The notes: generated from the sequence alone by a model not told the origin. A DNA stretch of 64,000 nt from Lepidodermella squamata (GCA_047495785.1 JBLDXI010000019.1:1550001-1614000); one strand, 5' to 3'; positions 13,724 through 24,376 are shown, counted from the first letter of the stretch. Program-made: numbers and translations.

Positions 13724-15718
13724 TCAGTCTTTTGAAAGGATCGAAGACAATCTTTGTACAGACTGTCCGATCATTGGCAGCATTAATTTGTGTAGCAGCG
13801 TTTCGTCCCCAAAGCGGATGCGCGCGATGTCCTTGAGCTTTTTCAACCAGAAGCGAGCTTTCTCGTAATCCTTCTGCGACAGGTGAAGGTCAGCGAGTTT
13901 CAGCGCAGCGGCTTGAGCCTCGAGCATCCAGCCAAGCTCGACACGTCGTTGGAAAACCTCCTCTGTAGTAGCAATGGCTTCCTTAATGTCTTTGATTTCG
14001 CAATCTACGCACAACAGCGCTTTCATCACCATTTCAGCGAATGGAACGTCGATGGTCGTTTGCTTCCGCAGCTTTTTGATTGCGTTTGACTGCTTCTTCT
14101 CCAGGAAGAAGCTTCCGAAATGCGACTTCTTGCCATCTGATCCCTCGATCTTACGGTGAATGCAGCAAGCTAGCTTCCGAATGACAGGCGTTCCTGACTC
14201 TTCGAGGGCACAAAGCCTGCAATTGCACTTTGTCATACGGCGATACCGCAATAGTCGCTGTTCGTAGGGGAGTGTTACTACCGGGCGAAACTGGAGAACC
14301 AGCTCCTCTCCCTCCCAAACGTCGCGGGTTGTCCGAATCATGAAAAAGTCGCCGATTATGAGATGATCACAATTACTGTCGACACAAGCCAAACGGAAAA
14401 ATGAGGGCAAAGCCCAAAACGCTGTCATGTAAGCCTGTTGCTCTGAAGGCAGTGTCGCAACCCGCACCAGGTTCAACTTGTAAATATCGTATATCTTTTT
14501 GATTAAATACAAATCCTCGTACTTGGGCTCTTCGAAGTTGATTACTACACCCTTTTCGTCCGCGCGGTAGAGCTCATGCATATAATTCGGTAATTTAGGA
14601 TCGATTGTCACGTGATGAGCGATCTTTTCCGAAACGACCCGTTGCCAGTCCCATTCTTCCTCAGGTTGCAGGTAGACAACCGCTTTAGATGCGCAAATTA
14701 GAGTGCCAGCCGGAATTTTACACCGAGAAAAAACTGTCATGCCCGAATTTGCGTCACGCTTTCGTAGCTCAGCGAGCTCCGTGTTGAAAAATTCACCATG
14801 GTCCAAGATTGGTGACTTGATCGACTCTTCCCACATTCCTAGAATGTCATAAGAGCCAAGCTGAGCTTCCTTGTGCCTGGCCTCGGTCTTCGCTTTCAGC
14901 TCTCCAATTTTCTTTACGAAATCTTCTTCTTTGAATGTCAGACATTTGTCACTGTTGATGACAGCTAGACACGAGTCATATTCCCGCAAGTGGTACAGCG
15001 CCTGAGCTTCATGTAACCACAAGTCGGGTATCAACGGATTGAGCCTCAACCCCTCCTCAGCATCTGCAAGTGCTTGTCTCGGCAAACTTAATGAAAGGAG
15101 AATAGAGGCTCGATTCGCAAAGCTCATTGGGTCGAGGGGATCTTCCTTGATAGCCGAGTCGTACCATTCCAAAGCATCTTCGAGCTCTTGATTTTTAAAA
15201 TGGCGATACGCCCTGCTCTTCATGGTCTCGGATAGTTGACTGTTCCGCGTTGCAATTGGCTCGATGCGTGCATGCCAGCGTATTCCTTTCAGCATCGAAT
15301 GGCTTGGGTCGAGAACAATTACGTCGTCCTCGTGCTCGACTTGCAGGACCATTTTGAAATCTGCATCAACTGTTAAATAAGGATTTCTGACCGCAATAAT
15401 TGTGCCAGCACGTAGGTCGATGTCGTTATCCGTTATGACATAGAGACTGATGGCTTTATCGCCCTCTGGATCGTCGAGGAGACATTGCAAAACGCTTTTG
15501 CCGCACGCATTTTTCCGATTAATTGTCGGAGCGATGATTCGAGCGAGTAAAAATTTACCAGCGTGAACTGTCCCAGAACCAATCCGAAGTAATTGGTCAA
15601 TTGTGAGGTTGTTTTGCGGTAGCAAAAACGACAGAGGATTGAATCGTTCAACTTTAAGTTGGTCCAGATGGTTCTTGAGCATGACTTCTCGACGGTACTT
15701 CAACAAAAAATCCGCCAT
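13724..15718 (-). CDS. Intronless TPR + SET-domain protein (degenerate SET motifs), paralog 1
   Basis: TPRs (ALEWYDSAI..FANRASILL); SET-like TVFSRCKIPAGTLI..SKA and FWALPSFFRLAC..IIGDFFMIRTTRDVWEGEEL; post-SET CNCRLC. First ATG at 15718. Confidence 0.85.
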   Translation of the reverse strand: MADFLLKYRREVMLKNHLDQLKVERFNPLSFLLPQNNLTIDQLLRIGSGTVHAGKFLLARIIAPTINRKNACGKSVLQCLLDDPEGDKAISLYVITDNDIDLRAGTIIAVRNPYLTVDADFKMVLQVEHEDDVIVLDPSHSMLKGIRWHARIEPIATRNSQLSETMKSRAYRHFKNQELEDALEWYDSAIKEDPLDPMSFANRASILLSLSLPRQALADAEEGLRLNPLIPDLWLHEAQALYHLREYDSCLAVINSDKCLTFKEEDFVKKIGELKAKTEARHKEAQLGSYDILGMWEESIKSPILDHGEFFNTELAELRKRDANSGMTVFSRCKIPAGTLICASKAVVYLQPEEEWDWQRVVSEKIAHHVTIDPKLPNYMHELYRADEKGVVINFEEPKYEDLYLIKKIYDIYKLNLVRVATLPSEQQAYMTAFWALPSFFRLACVDSNCDHLIIGDFFMIRTTRDVWEGEELVLQFRPVVTLPYEQRLLRYRRMTKCNCRLCALEESGTPVIRKLACCIHRKIEGSDGKKSHFGSFFLEKKQSNAIKKLRKQTTIDVPFAEMVMKALLCVDCEIKDIKEAIATTEEVFQRRVELGWMLEAQAAALKLADLHLSQKDYEKARFWLKKLKDIARIRFGDETLLHKLMLPMIGQSVQRLSSILSKD

Positions 15719-16643
15719 CAAGGTGGATTGGAAAAAGCCGTACGTTGACCGGCCTACAGTGTTTCGCAAAATTGTTGACTATGAAAATACCAAGTCATGA
15801 GCGTTGTTTGAAGTGATACCGGCGGGGTAAATCTATAAAATCGATCAGTGCGCGCGAATTAAATGCTGCGCTGTGCAAAGTTTACATTGTGGCCTTATTG
15901 TGTCTATGATAACAAGGATACGGTATTTGCTCTGCGCTCAGTGGCGTATGGCAGAACAGGCGGCATCGATAAGCGCGGCTCGACATGAAAATCATACCGA
16001 CCTTATATGAATAATTTATTTAGAGAGTATATAAAATCATCACGCGGGAAAAAGCCGAGATCTTTGCGCTAAGAATTACAGGCATTTTTTTGCAGACCGC
16101 AGCTATATCCACAAATAGATGAATATCTTCCACCACACAGGGGGAGAGGGATGGTAAGCACTTTCCTAATCGCTAACACTGATCATCGAATCAAATGATG
16201 AAGATATTACTAGAAGGGTGTGCAACTAACTGCGTTTTAATGCTGTCATAAAATAGTGATGAGAGCCTTTCTGATAGATTTTTTGCCATCAAATTTTTTG
16301 CCGTGGAAATATCTGGCGCTCATCGCCCGACATCCGGACTTCCGTTTAGCAGAAACAATATAATAATATATCTCAACACTTAACACGTATTTCCTAAGGG
16401 AGTGTGCGCGGTGTAATCAGTATTAAAGCCGTATAGTGTCGAGTATCAATGAGCGCCTTCAGATGTGATGGCAGCTGAAATAACCGATTATTTTGCGGCG
16501 AAAATCCCTGCGAAAACAAACTTTTTACTCAAGGCACTCAAAATGACCACCAAATGCTACTAAATTCTACGAAAGCAGTTTACTCAGCAAAAACAAGAAA
16601 TTTATGTACCGAATCTGATTTGATTTATTAAAGTTAGAAATAA

Positions 16644-18695
16644 TCATCTGAAGGAAGCATTAGAGAATCCGCTGCTAAACAAGGTATCCGGAGTTTTTAG
16701 GGAACTAGCTGCCAAAACTAGCTCCGAAGGCGCGAGATGGTTCAAGAGGTTTTCATCGCCGTAGTAGGTTTTAGCCAGAACTTTCAGCTTCATTTTCCAA
16801 CTATTCGTTTCTTCGACACTCCAGCCACCAAGAGGACTGTTTAATGATAGAATTAAGGCTATACCGATGCATTCTAACACCCAACCGAGACCTTCCCATT
16901 GTGTGTAGATCTCCTTATAAATTCGGAGGCCTTCCTTATACTTTCCAGAAGCGATTTTCATCTTCGCGACAATAGCTTGCATTCTGCCAGATAAAGGGTC
17001 CAACGATTGGTCCAGTCTCATTCCTCGCATCTCTACCAGAAATTCGGAGAACTCCACAGCCACATCTGTGGGGTTGGGGGTAGTCAGCTGGGATTTAATC
17101 TCGAATGCATCAAGTTTCGCTGTGAAATACCGCATTTTGTTGCGACAGTTCGATGCCTCGGTAGACTCGAATGAGCAAAGCCTGCATTTACAAGAATAAC
17201 CGCGCTTCTCACGGTAAAAAACTTCGCGATGCTCGAAGCTCAACTTGGTCGGATGGAGTTGCAAGAACAGCTGATCGCCTGGTGCAATATTTTTTGTCGC
17301 TCTCAGAAACATGAAATCACCAATGGTATATCTGTCGCAATTACTGTCGACACAAGAAAAATTGAAAGCGGAAGGTGCTAGCCAAAAGCCGACACTTCTG
17401 TCATCAGTGCCGGAGAAGACGTTATTTTCGAGAATCGCCTTAACTCTTTGGGGGTCTATTGGTGTGAAAGATGCTTGTTCAAGCCGCCTCAATACAGATC
17501 CGGCGTATAACTGAAAGAATTCTCGAGCCGTTGTTAAGTTGCTTTCTAGCTCCTTAACGATTCGAGCCAATAATTCAGAATTACTTTGACTAGGGCTAAA
17601 AACTAGGGCCTTTGAGCAACAGATAAGCGATCCACTTGAGATGGGCTTCAAGGCCACCACGCCTCGCTCGTAACCGGGTAAACTTTTCACTTGGACAGAT
17701 GACTTGTCAAAAAAGTCTGCATGGTCGAGGTATGGCGAACCTTGCGATTCGTTCCACATGCCGAGCAAATCATACTCACCGAGTTTGGCCTCTCTGCTCC
17801 GTCTATTCGCCCGAGCTGTCAGGACAAGAAACTCTCGATCTGCAACATGCCGCGATCCTTCGCTCGACAGAAACGATGAGCACTCTTCGTATCGCTGCAG
17901 CATATAAAGCGCCTTGCCTTTTCTAAAGACTAATTTCTTATTTGTTGGGTCGAACGTCAAGCCTTTTCCCGCATCAGCCAGTGCTTCTTTCGCCTTGCCC
18001 AGCGAAGCGTAAGTTGCTGATCTATTCGAATAGAGCAATGCATTATTCGGCTCCTCAACAATTGCATTGTTGTAGCATTCGAGAGCTTGCTCGAACTTTT
18101 GATTCTTGAAATACTCGTTTCCTCTATCTTTCCATTTCGACGTGGAGAGGTCAGGCTTTTGAGGTAAAGGTGTTTGCAGGGGTGTTCGCCATGGAATGCC
18201 CGAATGGAAGGGATGGCCAGGCTCAAGGATCCCAATATGATTTGGATTGTCGCATAGAAGAGCCTCAGGAGGTGAACCCAAAATCAGCGTATGGAGAGGA
18301 TTCATGATAATGAAAACAGTGCCAGGTTGCAGTAAAGTGCTAGGCAGTGGCACCTTGCTTATCAAGCAGAGCGGTAGTGCATAAATTCCAGCAGGATCGT
18401 CGACAACAAGCCAGTTTAAAACTCCAAACGTTTTATCGTTCACCGGTGGCACAAGAGACCTTGCTAATAAATACTTTCCCATATGAATAAAATCAGGACC
18501 TTCTCGCAGAATTTTGTCGATGGTTATCAAATTTCGGGGATCGAGTGAAACTGGAGGCAGGTTTGAGTTCATGGCGATGTAAGGATATGGCGCCGAGCTT
18601 CCATTGATGAAGGCAACAGGTTGTTGAGCCATTCTCAGATTGTGCTGTTTTATCACAGCATCACGCTGGAAAAGTCGAAGTTCAGCCGAGTTCAT
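16644..18695 (-). CDS. Intronless TPR + SET-domain protein, paralog 2
   Basis: KDRGNEYFKNQKFEQALECY..LYSNRSA TPRs; RGVVALKPISSGSLI; GFWLAPSAFNFSC..IGDFMFLRATKNIAPGDQL; CKCRLC. Confidence 0.88.
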   Translation of the reverse strand: MNSAELRLFQRDAVIKQHNLRMAQQPVAFINGSSAPYPYIAMNSNLPPVSLDPRNLITIDKILREGPDFIHMGKYLLARSLVPPVNDKTFGVLNWLVVDDPAGIYALPLCLISKVPLPSTLLQPGTVFIIMNPLHTLILGSPPEALLCDNPNHIGILEPGHPFHSGIPWRTPLQTPLPQKPDLSTSKWKDRGNEYFKNQKFEQALECYNNAIVEEPNNALLYSNRSATYASLGKAKEALADAGKGLTFDPTNKKLVFRKGKALYMLQRYEECSSFLSSEGSRHVADREFLVLTARANRRSREAKLGEYDLLGMWNESQGSPYLDHADFFDKSSVQVKSLPGYERGVVALKPISSGSLICCSKALVFSPSQSNSELLARIVKELESNLTTAREFFQLYAGSVLRRLEQASFTPIDPQRVKAILENNVFSGTDDRSVGFWLAPSAFNFSCVDSNCDRYTIGDFMFLRATKNIAPGDQLFLQLHPTKLSFEHREVFYREKRGYSCKCRLCSFESTEASNCRNKMRYFTAKLDAFEIKSQLTTPNPTDVAVEFSEFLVEMRGMRLDQSLDPLSGRMQAIVAKMKIASGKYKEGLRIYKEIYTQWEGLGWVLECIGIALILSLNSPLGGWSVEETNSWKMKLKVLAKTYYGDENLLNHLAPSELVLAASSLKTPDTLFSSGFSNASFR

Positions 18696-19074
18696 TTTTA
18701 GAGTGTACTATTTCGATAAGACGATGTAGTTCAGAAACAGCGGCTGGCCAAGCATAATTACTCGTGGCTGCGGTGTATTTTTTGAATGAGCGCTTTTGTG
18801 TTGTATAACTACAGCTGCGTAGCTCTCCTGAGGGAATAAAAGAATTTCGCACGAGCGGCTGAAAGCAAGTAAATCGATATATTGCATGAATGGCTTGCAG
18901 TATAAGAAAAGGTGATCCATTCACTACATGCATGCTGCGAATAAATTTTTAATGACCGTGTCAGTAATATATAAAATTTAGCTGAGAAAACTCTACAACC
19001 CTCTAGCAAGCCATCATAAAGATTTTGTCTACCAACTACTATTCGTGAAAAATTTGACCCACATCAAATCTTGA

Positions 19075-19177
19075 GACGAGGTTATGGTTTTGTCAATCTT
19101 TGGTGCTAATGTAGCCGGAGAGTATGGCGAACTTCGGCTACGTTGGCAACAAAGACCAACGATGAACCCTTCTCGTT
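19075..19177 (+). ncRNA. Candidate pre-miRNA hairpin whose 5' arm starts with a miR-9-type seed
   Basis: 24-bp upper stem (19097-19120 with 19132-19155) with 1 mismatch and 3 G.U pairs that form only on the + strand; 11-nt loop; extra basal pairing. The 5' arm begins UCUUUGGU. Confidence 0.45.
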
Positions 19178-19366
19178 ATCAAGGAAGATGAAAAATGCAA
19201 AATGCCAGAATGAGCGCAATTCACGGCCTTATCAACTTGACGGATGATTCATCTTAAACAATGACGCAATTATTCATTTCCAAGTGAGACTGCGCATTAA
19301 TGGTGAAAGCGATGATTCACAACTTGCTGTTTATTTATCATACATACAAATGAAAGCTTACGATTT

Positions 19367-20525
19367 TCACCGTGGTATCAAAACAGCGATAGCTGTTATC
19401 ATGCAAGACGAAATGAACAAAAGCACTGAGTAGAAAGGGCATAAAGAGGAACACAGTTTTTTGCGTTGAGCGTCCCATATATCCAGCAAATTATTTGCTA
19501 CCGGTGGCAGTTGATCGCTTACTTTCTCCTCAACAGGAGTCAACATTTGTCTCTGATGACTGTAAACTTTGCGCTTTATCAACCCGCCTCCCAATAGTTT
19601 CAAGTTGCCAAGTAGGATAGGAACAGATATAGGAGAGGAACCTTGTGACTGAGCTTTCCTTCTCAGCCCAAGAAGTAGCAATGTCTTCCTGCTTTCAGCG
19701 ACATTACTCAGCCAAGGCCAATCAAAGTTTGAATCGTAAAAATACCAAATTGCAGCGGCTTTACGAGCATCCTCTGCACAATCACCAAAGCCGATGGGAC
19801 ATCCACTTGAATGGTCAAACACAATGAACACAGTTCTATTTTCGTCTATGACGAGAGATTGCGCCTCGATCGAAGAGTCACTTGATATGCTTCCGGGATC
19901 CAAAAGATAAGAGCTCGTTTCGTTCATTTTAAGCAGCGTATCTCGGAATGGCTGCGAGACCAGCAAGAATTTCTCTATACTTTTCCCCAAGTCTAGATAA
20001 ATCGCATAGACCAAAGCCTTGTAGACAATACTTAAGGACTGGGGAACATTTAGGACCTCTACGCAGTTTGATAAAGAAGAGTGGCGATATGATGGCACGT
20101 AAAAGCAACCCATTTTGCGTTTATCAGGGAAGCTTTCGTAGAACGTTTCCAATCGGCTCACTTTTTTGCGGCTAGCTACGTCCATTTTCACGAGACGGTG
20201 AATTTTTTGCCTAAATGAAAAAGAGTACATGCATTTTGGGTTTTAATAAACTTGAGAAATCCTACGCAATAAGTAGAGAAGCTATGAACTCAGGGCTTGT
20301 AGAAACGATAGCTAATCTCTCGCTCAAGCTGTTGGTCCGAATTAGGTCGTCGACAACTATTTTGAGTAGTTGATCGCCAACTTGAGCCCATAGTTTGTGA
20401 TTTCTTGCATTCGTATCAAGTGCCTGTTCGGAATAACGATGCTACAAAACGAGAACTACTTCAAGTGGCCATTGGCTAACCAATTTTAACAGCTTCTTGT
20501 TGGCAATTTCGTACGAGAACAGCAT
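19367..20525 (-). CDS. Degenerate (likely catalytically dead) RNase III + dsRBD-like protein with C-terminal hydrophobic helix (copy A); 5' end uncertain
   Basis: Spliced reading LFSYEIANKKLLKL|ALDTNARNHKLWAQVGDQLLKIV..LIA|QKIH..VPQSLSIVYKALVYAIYLDLG..GFGDCAEDARKAAAI..WPW, homologous to copies B and C. Ends in SVLLFISSCMITAIAVLI. Confidence 0.75.
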
Positions 20526-20886
20526 GGAAGCTCGAGAGTTCACAAAACTTGCTGTAACTTGCCTTGTTTAAGATTAGAGCGGCAAGGAATGGGATATGAG
20601 CTTCTTGCTGAGTAGACAGTTTTCTGCGAAACGATCGTTTTTACATGGTTGGCTCTGCTGAGTGCACCAAAATCGATTGTCTAACGTGCTCACCTGCGGC
20701 ACACGCTGTTAAATTACATCGATCGATCGATGATTTATCAATCATGCATGGCGAAGGTTGGCAACTAAATCTAACGAAGCATCGTAAAAGTAGAACTTTT
20801 CCTTTATTACTTATCGAACTCTTAGGCAAATCAAGAAATCTCTTGGATTATACGCAAATTTGTTCAGAAGCAACTGATAGGAGACG

Positions 20887-21053
20887 GATTAAGATTTCTC
20901 AAGGCTGAATCGGCTTGAATGCTCGCCAAACATATCCGACAGGGGAAACACGAGGGAACATTATTATATCTCACAATCCCGTTGTAGTTTGAACTCTTAG
21001 ATGTTTGGCGAAAATTCAAGCTCAAGCCGATTCAGCCTTGATAAAAGTTAATC
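20887..21053. repeat. Inverted repeat/foldback in the predicted 3' UTR of RNase III copy B
   Basis: Perfect 20-bp core TCAAGGCTGAATCGGCTTGA (20899-20918) pairs with 21022-21041; arms extend imperfectly to ~47-53 bp. Confidence 0.85.
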
Positions 21054-21078
21054 ATCAAAAGTCTGAAGCGATCCTCAA

Positions 21079-21928
21079 TCACCCAGACTTCGAAATGCGC
21101 CAAGGCCACTTCATAATGCTGGACATTTTCAGGGCTGATATCGACGCAGCCTTTTTAGCCAAATCTATATTTCGGCCCCGTCCGATTTCCTCGTCTCCGT
21201 AAAATGCCGAAAAGTCAGCTGTACCCACTTGCTGAATCTCCAAACTCTGCGGGAAAGTGCTGTTCGATTTTTCGTTCATCAGGGCGAAGGGGTCACGAAT
21301 ATTTGTGGCCTGTAGGTAAGCTAGAAGTCAATATTAGAAAAATACCACTCCTAGTTATCATATAGCTTACCGATAATAGGTGTGAATATCGGTACAAGAA
21401 TCGACTCTAGTTTTGCCACATGACTGCCGCAGTCAAGGTAAATCGCGTATACCAAAGCCTCGAAGACGTCACCAAGTGTTTTCGGAATGAACAAAACTTC
21501 ACAGCAATTTTTCGAAACCCGGTAGCATGGCAGGTAGAAAGCTTTACTGAACTTTCTTCTGTCCTTCGATAAACTTTGATAGTATTTCTTGAGGCGAGCT
21601 ATCTCGCCATTCAGCTGAACATCCGCTGAAACATGACTGGCGATTCCCATGCTGTGTAAAGAATATGAGATAGAAGTTCAGGGTTTACAGTTTTGACCGG
21701 ATCATACGCAATTATCATCGATCCGTACAAGTTGTTGCTCTCGGCAATCTGTTTGATATGATTTGAGGCTTTCAGCTTGGAAATAAGTTTGCTGATAATT
21801 TGCTTTAAATAGATATCGCCTTGCAGAGCCCAATTCACATGCTCCGAGTATGACTTGTTAAGAGCTTGAAGCAACAGATGAGGCGACTTGAAAGTATAGC
21901 CGAACTCTTTCTTAACTATGAGTTCCAT
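21079..21928 (-). CDS. Stand-alone RNase III + dsRBD protein resembling the Dicer RNase IIIb/dsRBD C-terminus (copy B, 3 exons)
   Basis: FGYTFKSPHLLLQAL..WALQGD; IPKTLGDVFEALVYAIYLDCG; last exon IRDPFALMNE..IGRGRNIDLAKKAASISAL. Own ATG and TATA box. Confidence 0.88.
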
Positions 21929-21993
21929 TTTCGATTAGTGATGATGAGTGGTAGATGGTAGCGAGTGTGAAATTACTTTCCTCGAATATCGCT

Positions 21994-22045
21994 TTTTATA
22001 GAACTTCATTATCAGTGTTTTCTTGTTTTGCTGCAAGATGAGTCA
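21994..22045 (-). promoter_or_regulatory. TATA box and AP-1-type TGAGTCA site upstream of RNase III copy B
   Basis: TATAAAA on the minus strand at 21994-22000, ~66 bp before the ATG; TGAGTCA at 22039-22045. Confidence 0.5.
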
Positions 22046-22612
22046 ACCCCCTATACTCGCAAAGATGAATAAAACTCAACAATGCAATATGAATCACTTA
22101 TAGATATCGCTGTTCCTCCGCTTAAGGTAAACGTAATCCTAAACTAACACTCGCGTCGAATGATCAATGCGAATGAGCAGTCGAACCTGGTTGCTGTACT
22201 AAGCCGCTTCTTGCACACGTCAACAAAAGCGTGAACAAACTCATCCTGTTTATTCCAGTAATGGCCTTTTTCGTATCACTCCGTTTAACAGAAAATCAGA
22301 AACTTTCGCCACAAGGATTTTGTACAGGCCATATTTCTGAAAGTCTAGCAAGCTTCATATAGGTAGTATAATGCGAGATCACCATACTTTACAGCTGAAA
22401 CCGCTTGGCAGGATGAAACTGCAATGTCTTTTCGAACATATTGTTGAGAGGATTATCAGCTCATTCACCCGCGTGAAAACAGAACCGTTAGTCACCATCA
22501 GTCTTTAAAATTAATCGAATAGAATACTTTATTCAATGAAAAATCAAACAGAGACAGGGTGTAGCGTTATATTTGTTGTTTAAAGGACTTGGTGCCCTAA
22601 TATTTTCCGTAT

Positions 22613-22758
22613 TTGGTTCGACTGCGATGTTCGCCGCACAGTAACGATCTTGGTAAAATCATGAAGAAGGGGCGAGGTGAAAACTATTTTTCAACTCATC
22701 CCCTCTTCATGACTTTAGCTTAACCTTTCGCACGCGGCGAATATCGCAGGAGAACCAA
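22613..22758 (-). ncRNA. Ungapped 71-bp imperfect hairpin (hpRNA candidate or old palindromic MITE)
   Basis: By-hand pairing gives 52 Watson-Crick pairs, 8 positions that are G.U on the minus strand versus 2 on the plus strand, 9 other mismatches and a 4-nt loop. Confidence 0.45.
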
Positions 22759-23456
22759 CAGCGAATGATGCGATTTCACTGGCAAGCAAATAATATATAT
22801 ACATCAAAGTTTTCGTAGGAGGAGCGTCGGAGCAAATCAGCGCTTCATCGTAGGTTTAGAAAATGATCCAAACCATTCAGCCATTGCAAACATGAAAGCT
22901 TCTTGGATTCCTGCTAGTATTGTGACGAAGTACAGCTCCATCCCTGATAATTAATCGTGGCGTCTTCTTCCTTAGATCGAGTTTCTTTGGTGGAGCAGGA
23001 ATTCTTGTTCGCGATTCCAACAGTTAACTGCCACGAGTGACGGTTAACACATATTATTTTCCATGGTGTGCATACGCATATGTTTGATGGTCGTATCTCA
23101 TTAATAATTCGCACACAGAGGTGATAAGTATGTATGATTAATTTTACATTTTGCAAGATGAATCATGCATGGATAATATGGGTATCGCTGTTTCAAAAAT
23201 AGACTCTTTCACGGGATCACGTGTTGAAGGTAAGCTGGAATACATGCGAAGATTACGAGGATAAAAATAAACGCTGTTTATTCTCAATTCATGCCATCAC
23301 TGGGATAAATAGTCGGAATAGAGGGAACTTCGGATGAAATTGCAAAAATATTCAGGAACAAATCAGGAACATCGCAGTCAAACCAAGCCCGAACATCGCA
23401 GCAATTAATCAATGTAACTCAAAATAGATGGATGAAAAGTGAGAATGCCAATTCAT

Positions 23457-24311
23457 TTAGCGCCTTATAAGCCAAGGCCACTGCATTATTCCGTTTGTTG
23501 CGAGCACACTGATAGCAGCTGCTTTCCTGGCCAAATCGCTGTTTTTAGCTCTAGCCACCTCTCGTCCGTCGTAAAACGCAGAAAAGCTCGATGGGGTATT
23601 TTGGTTGATTCTGAGAGCATAGTGAAAGCTGTTATTTGTCCTTTCATTAACCATCGCATAAGGGTCTCGAATTCCCCTTTGCATGAGAAAATCTGTTAGG
23701 GAATTAAAGGTAACATTTATAACAAGTGAAATATAAGAATTTGAGCATTGTGGATTTACCAATAACAGGGGCGAAAATCTTCGTAATCATATCTTCGAGG
23801 AGCGACTTGTTTTGACCACAATCCATGTATATGGCGTAAACCAAAGCTTCAAAGACATCGCCCAGAGTTTTCGGGACGAATACAGCTTCGTATAATCCGC
23901 CGTTTAGCAAATAGCATGGGATGAAGAAGGCTTTCCAGTATATCCCAGAACTCTTTAATCTGTTACCGCAATCAACAAGGGTGTTTATGTCAGCCGATAA
24001 TTGAGGATCGTATTTTATGTATCTGCCAAGATCAGCACTGAAAAACACGATTAAAGTACGTTTACAATGAAACATTGAGAGTGGACTTACGAAATCAGGA
24101 TCGATCCAAACAAATCATTGCTCAAAGCTACTTGTCGGATATAGTCCGACGCCCCCTTTTGCCGGACAATCTTTCCGATGATCGAACCGAGAAGGTCATC
24201 GCCTTCCAAAGCCCACTCTGTGTGGCTGCTGTAAGACTTGTCCAGAGCTTGCGTCAGCAGTGCTTGGGACCTGAAACGGTAGCCAAATGTGGTGAATATT
24301 GCAGTTTCCAT
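23457..24311 (-). CDS. Stand-alone RNase III + dsRBD protein (copy C, 3 exons)
   Basis: FGYRFRSQALLTQAL..WALEGDDLL; VPKTLGDVFEALVYAIYMDCG; IRDPYAMVNE..ARAKNSDLARKAAAISVL..WPW. Same intron positions as copy B. Confidence 0.88.
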
Positions 24312-24376
24312 TTTCTCAGAAGAATAGTGAACTCCAAATTCCGCGGAGCGCGCGTTACTGGATAATACCTATGAGT

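Noticed and set aside
22914-23156. 80-aa ORF between RNase III copies B and C
   Set aside because: Non-ATG start, no motifs and no similarity to neighbouring genes.
19367-24311. Reading the RNase III ORFs as exons of one Dicer or Drosha gene
   Set aside because: Each unit ends in its own dsRBD and stop codon, B and C have separate ATG and TATA, and no helicase or PAZ exons are visible.
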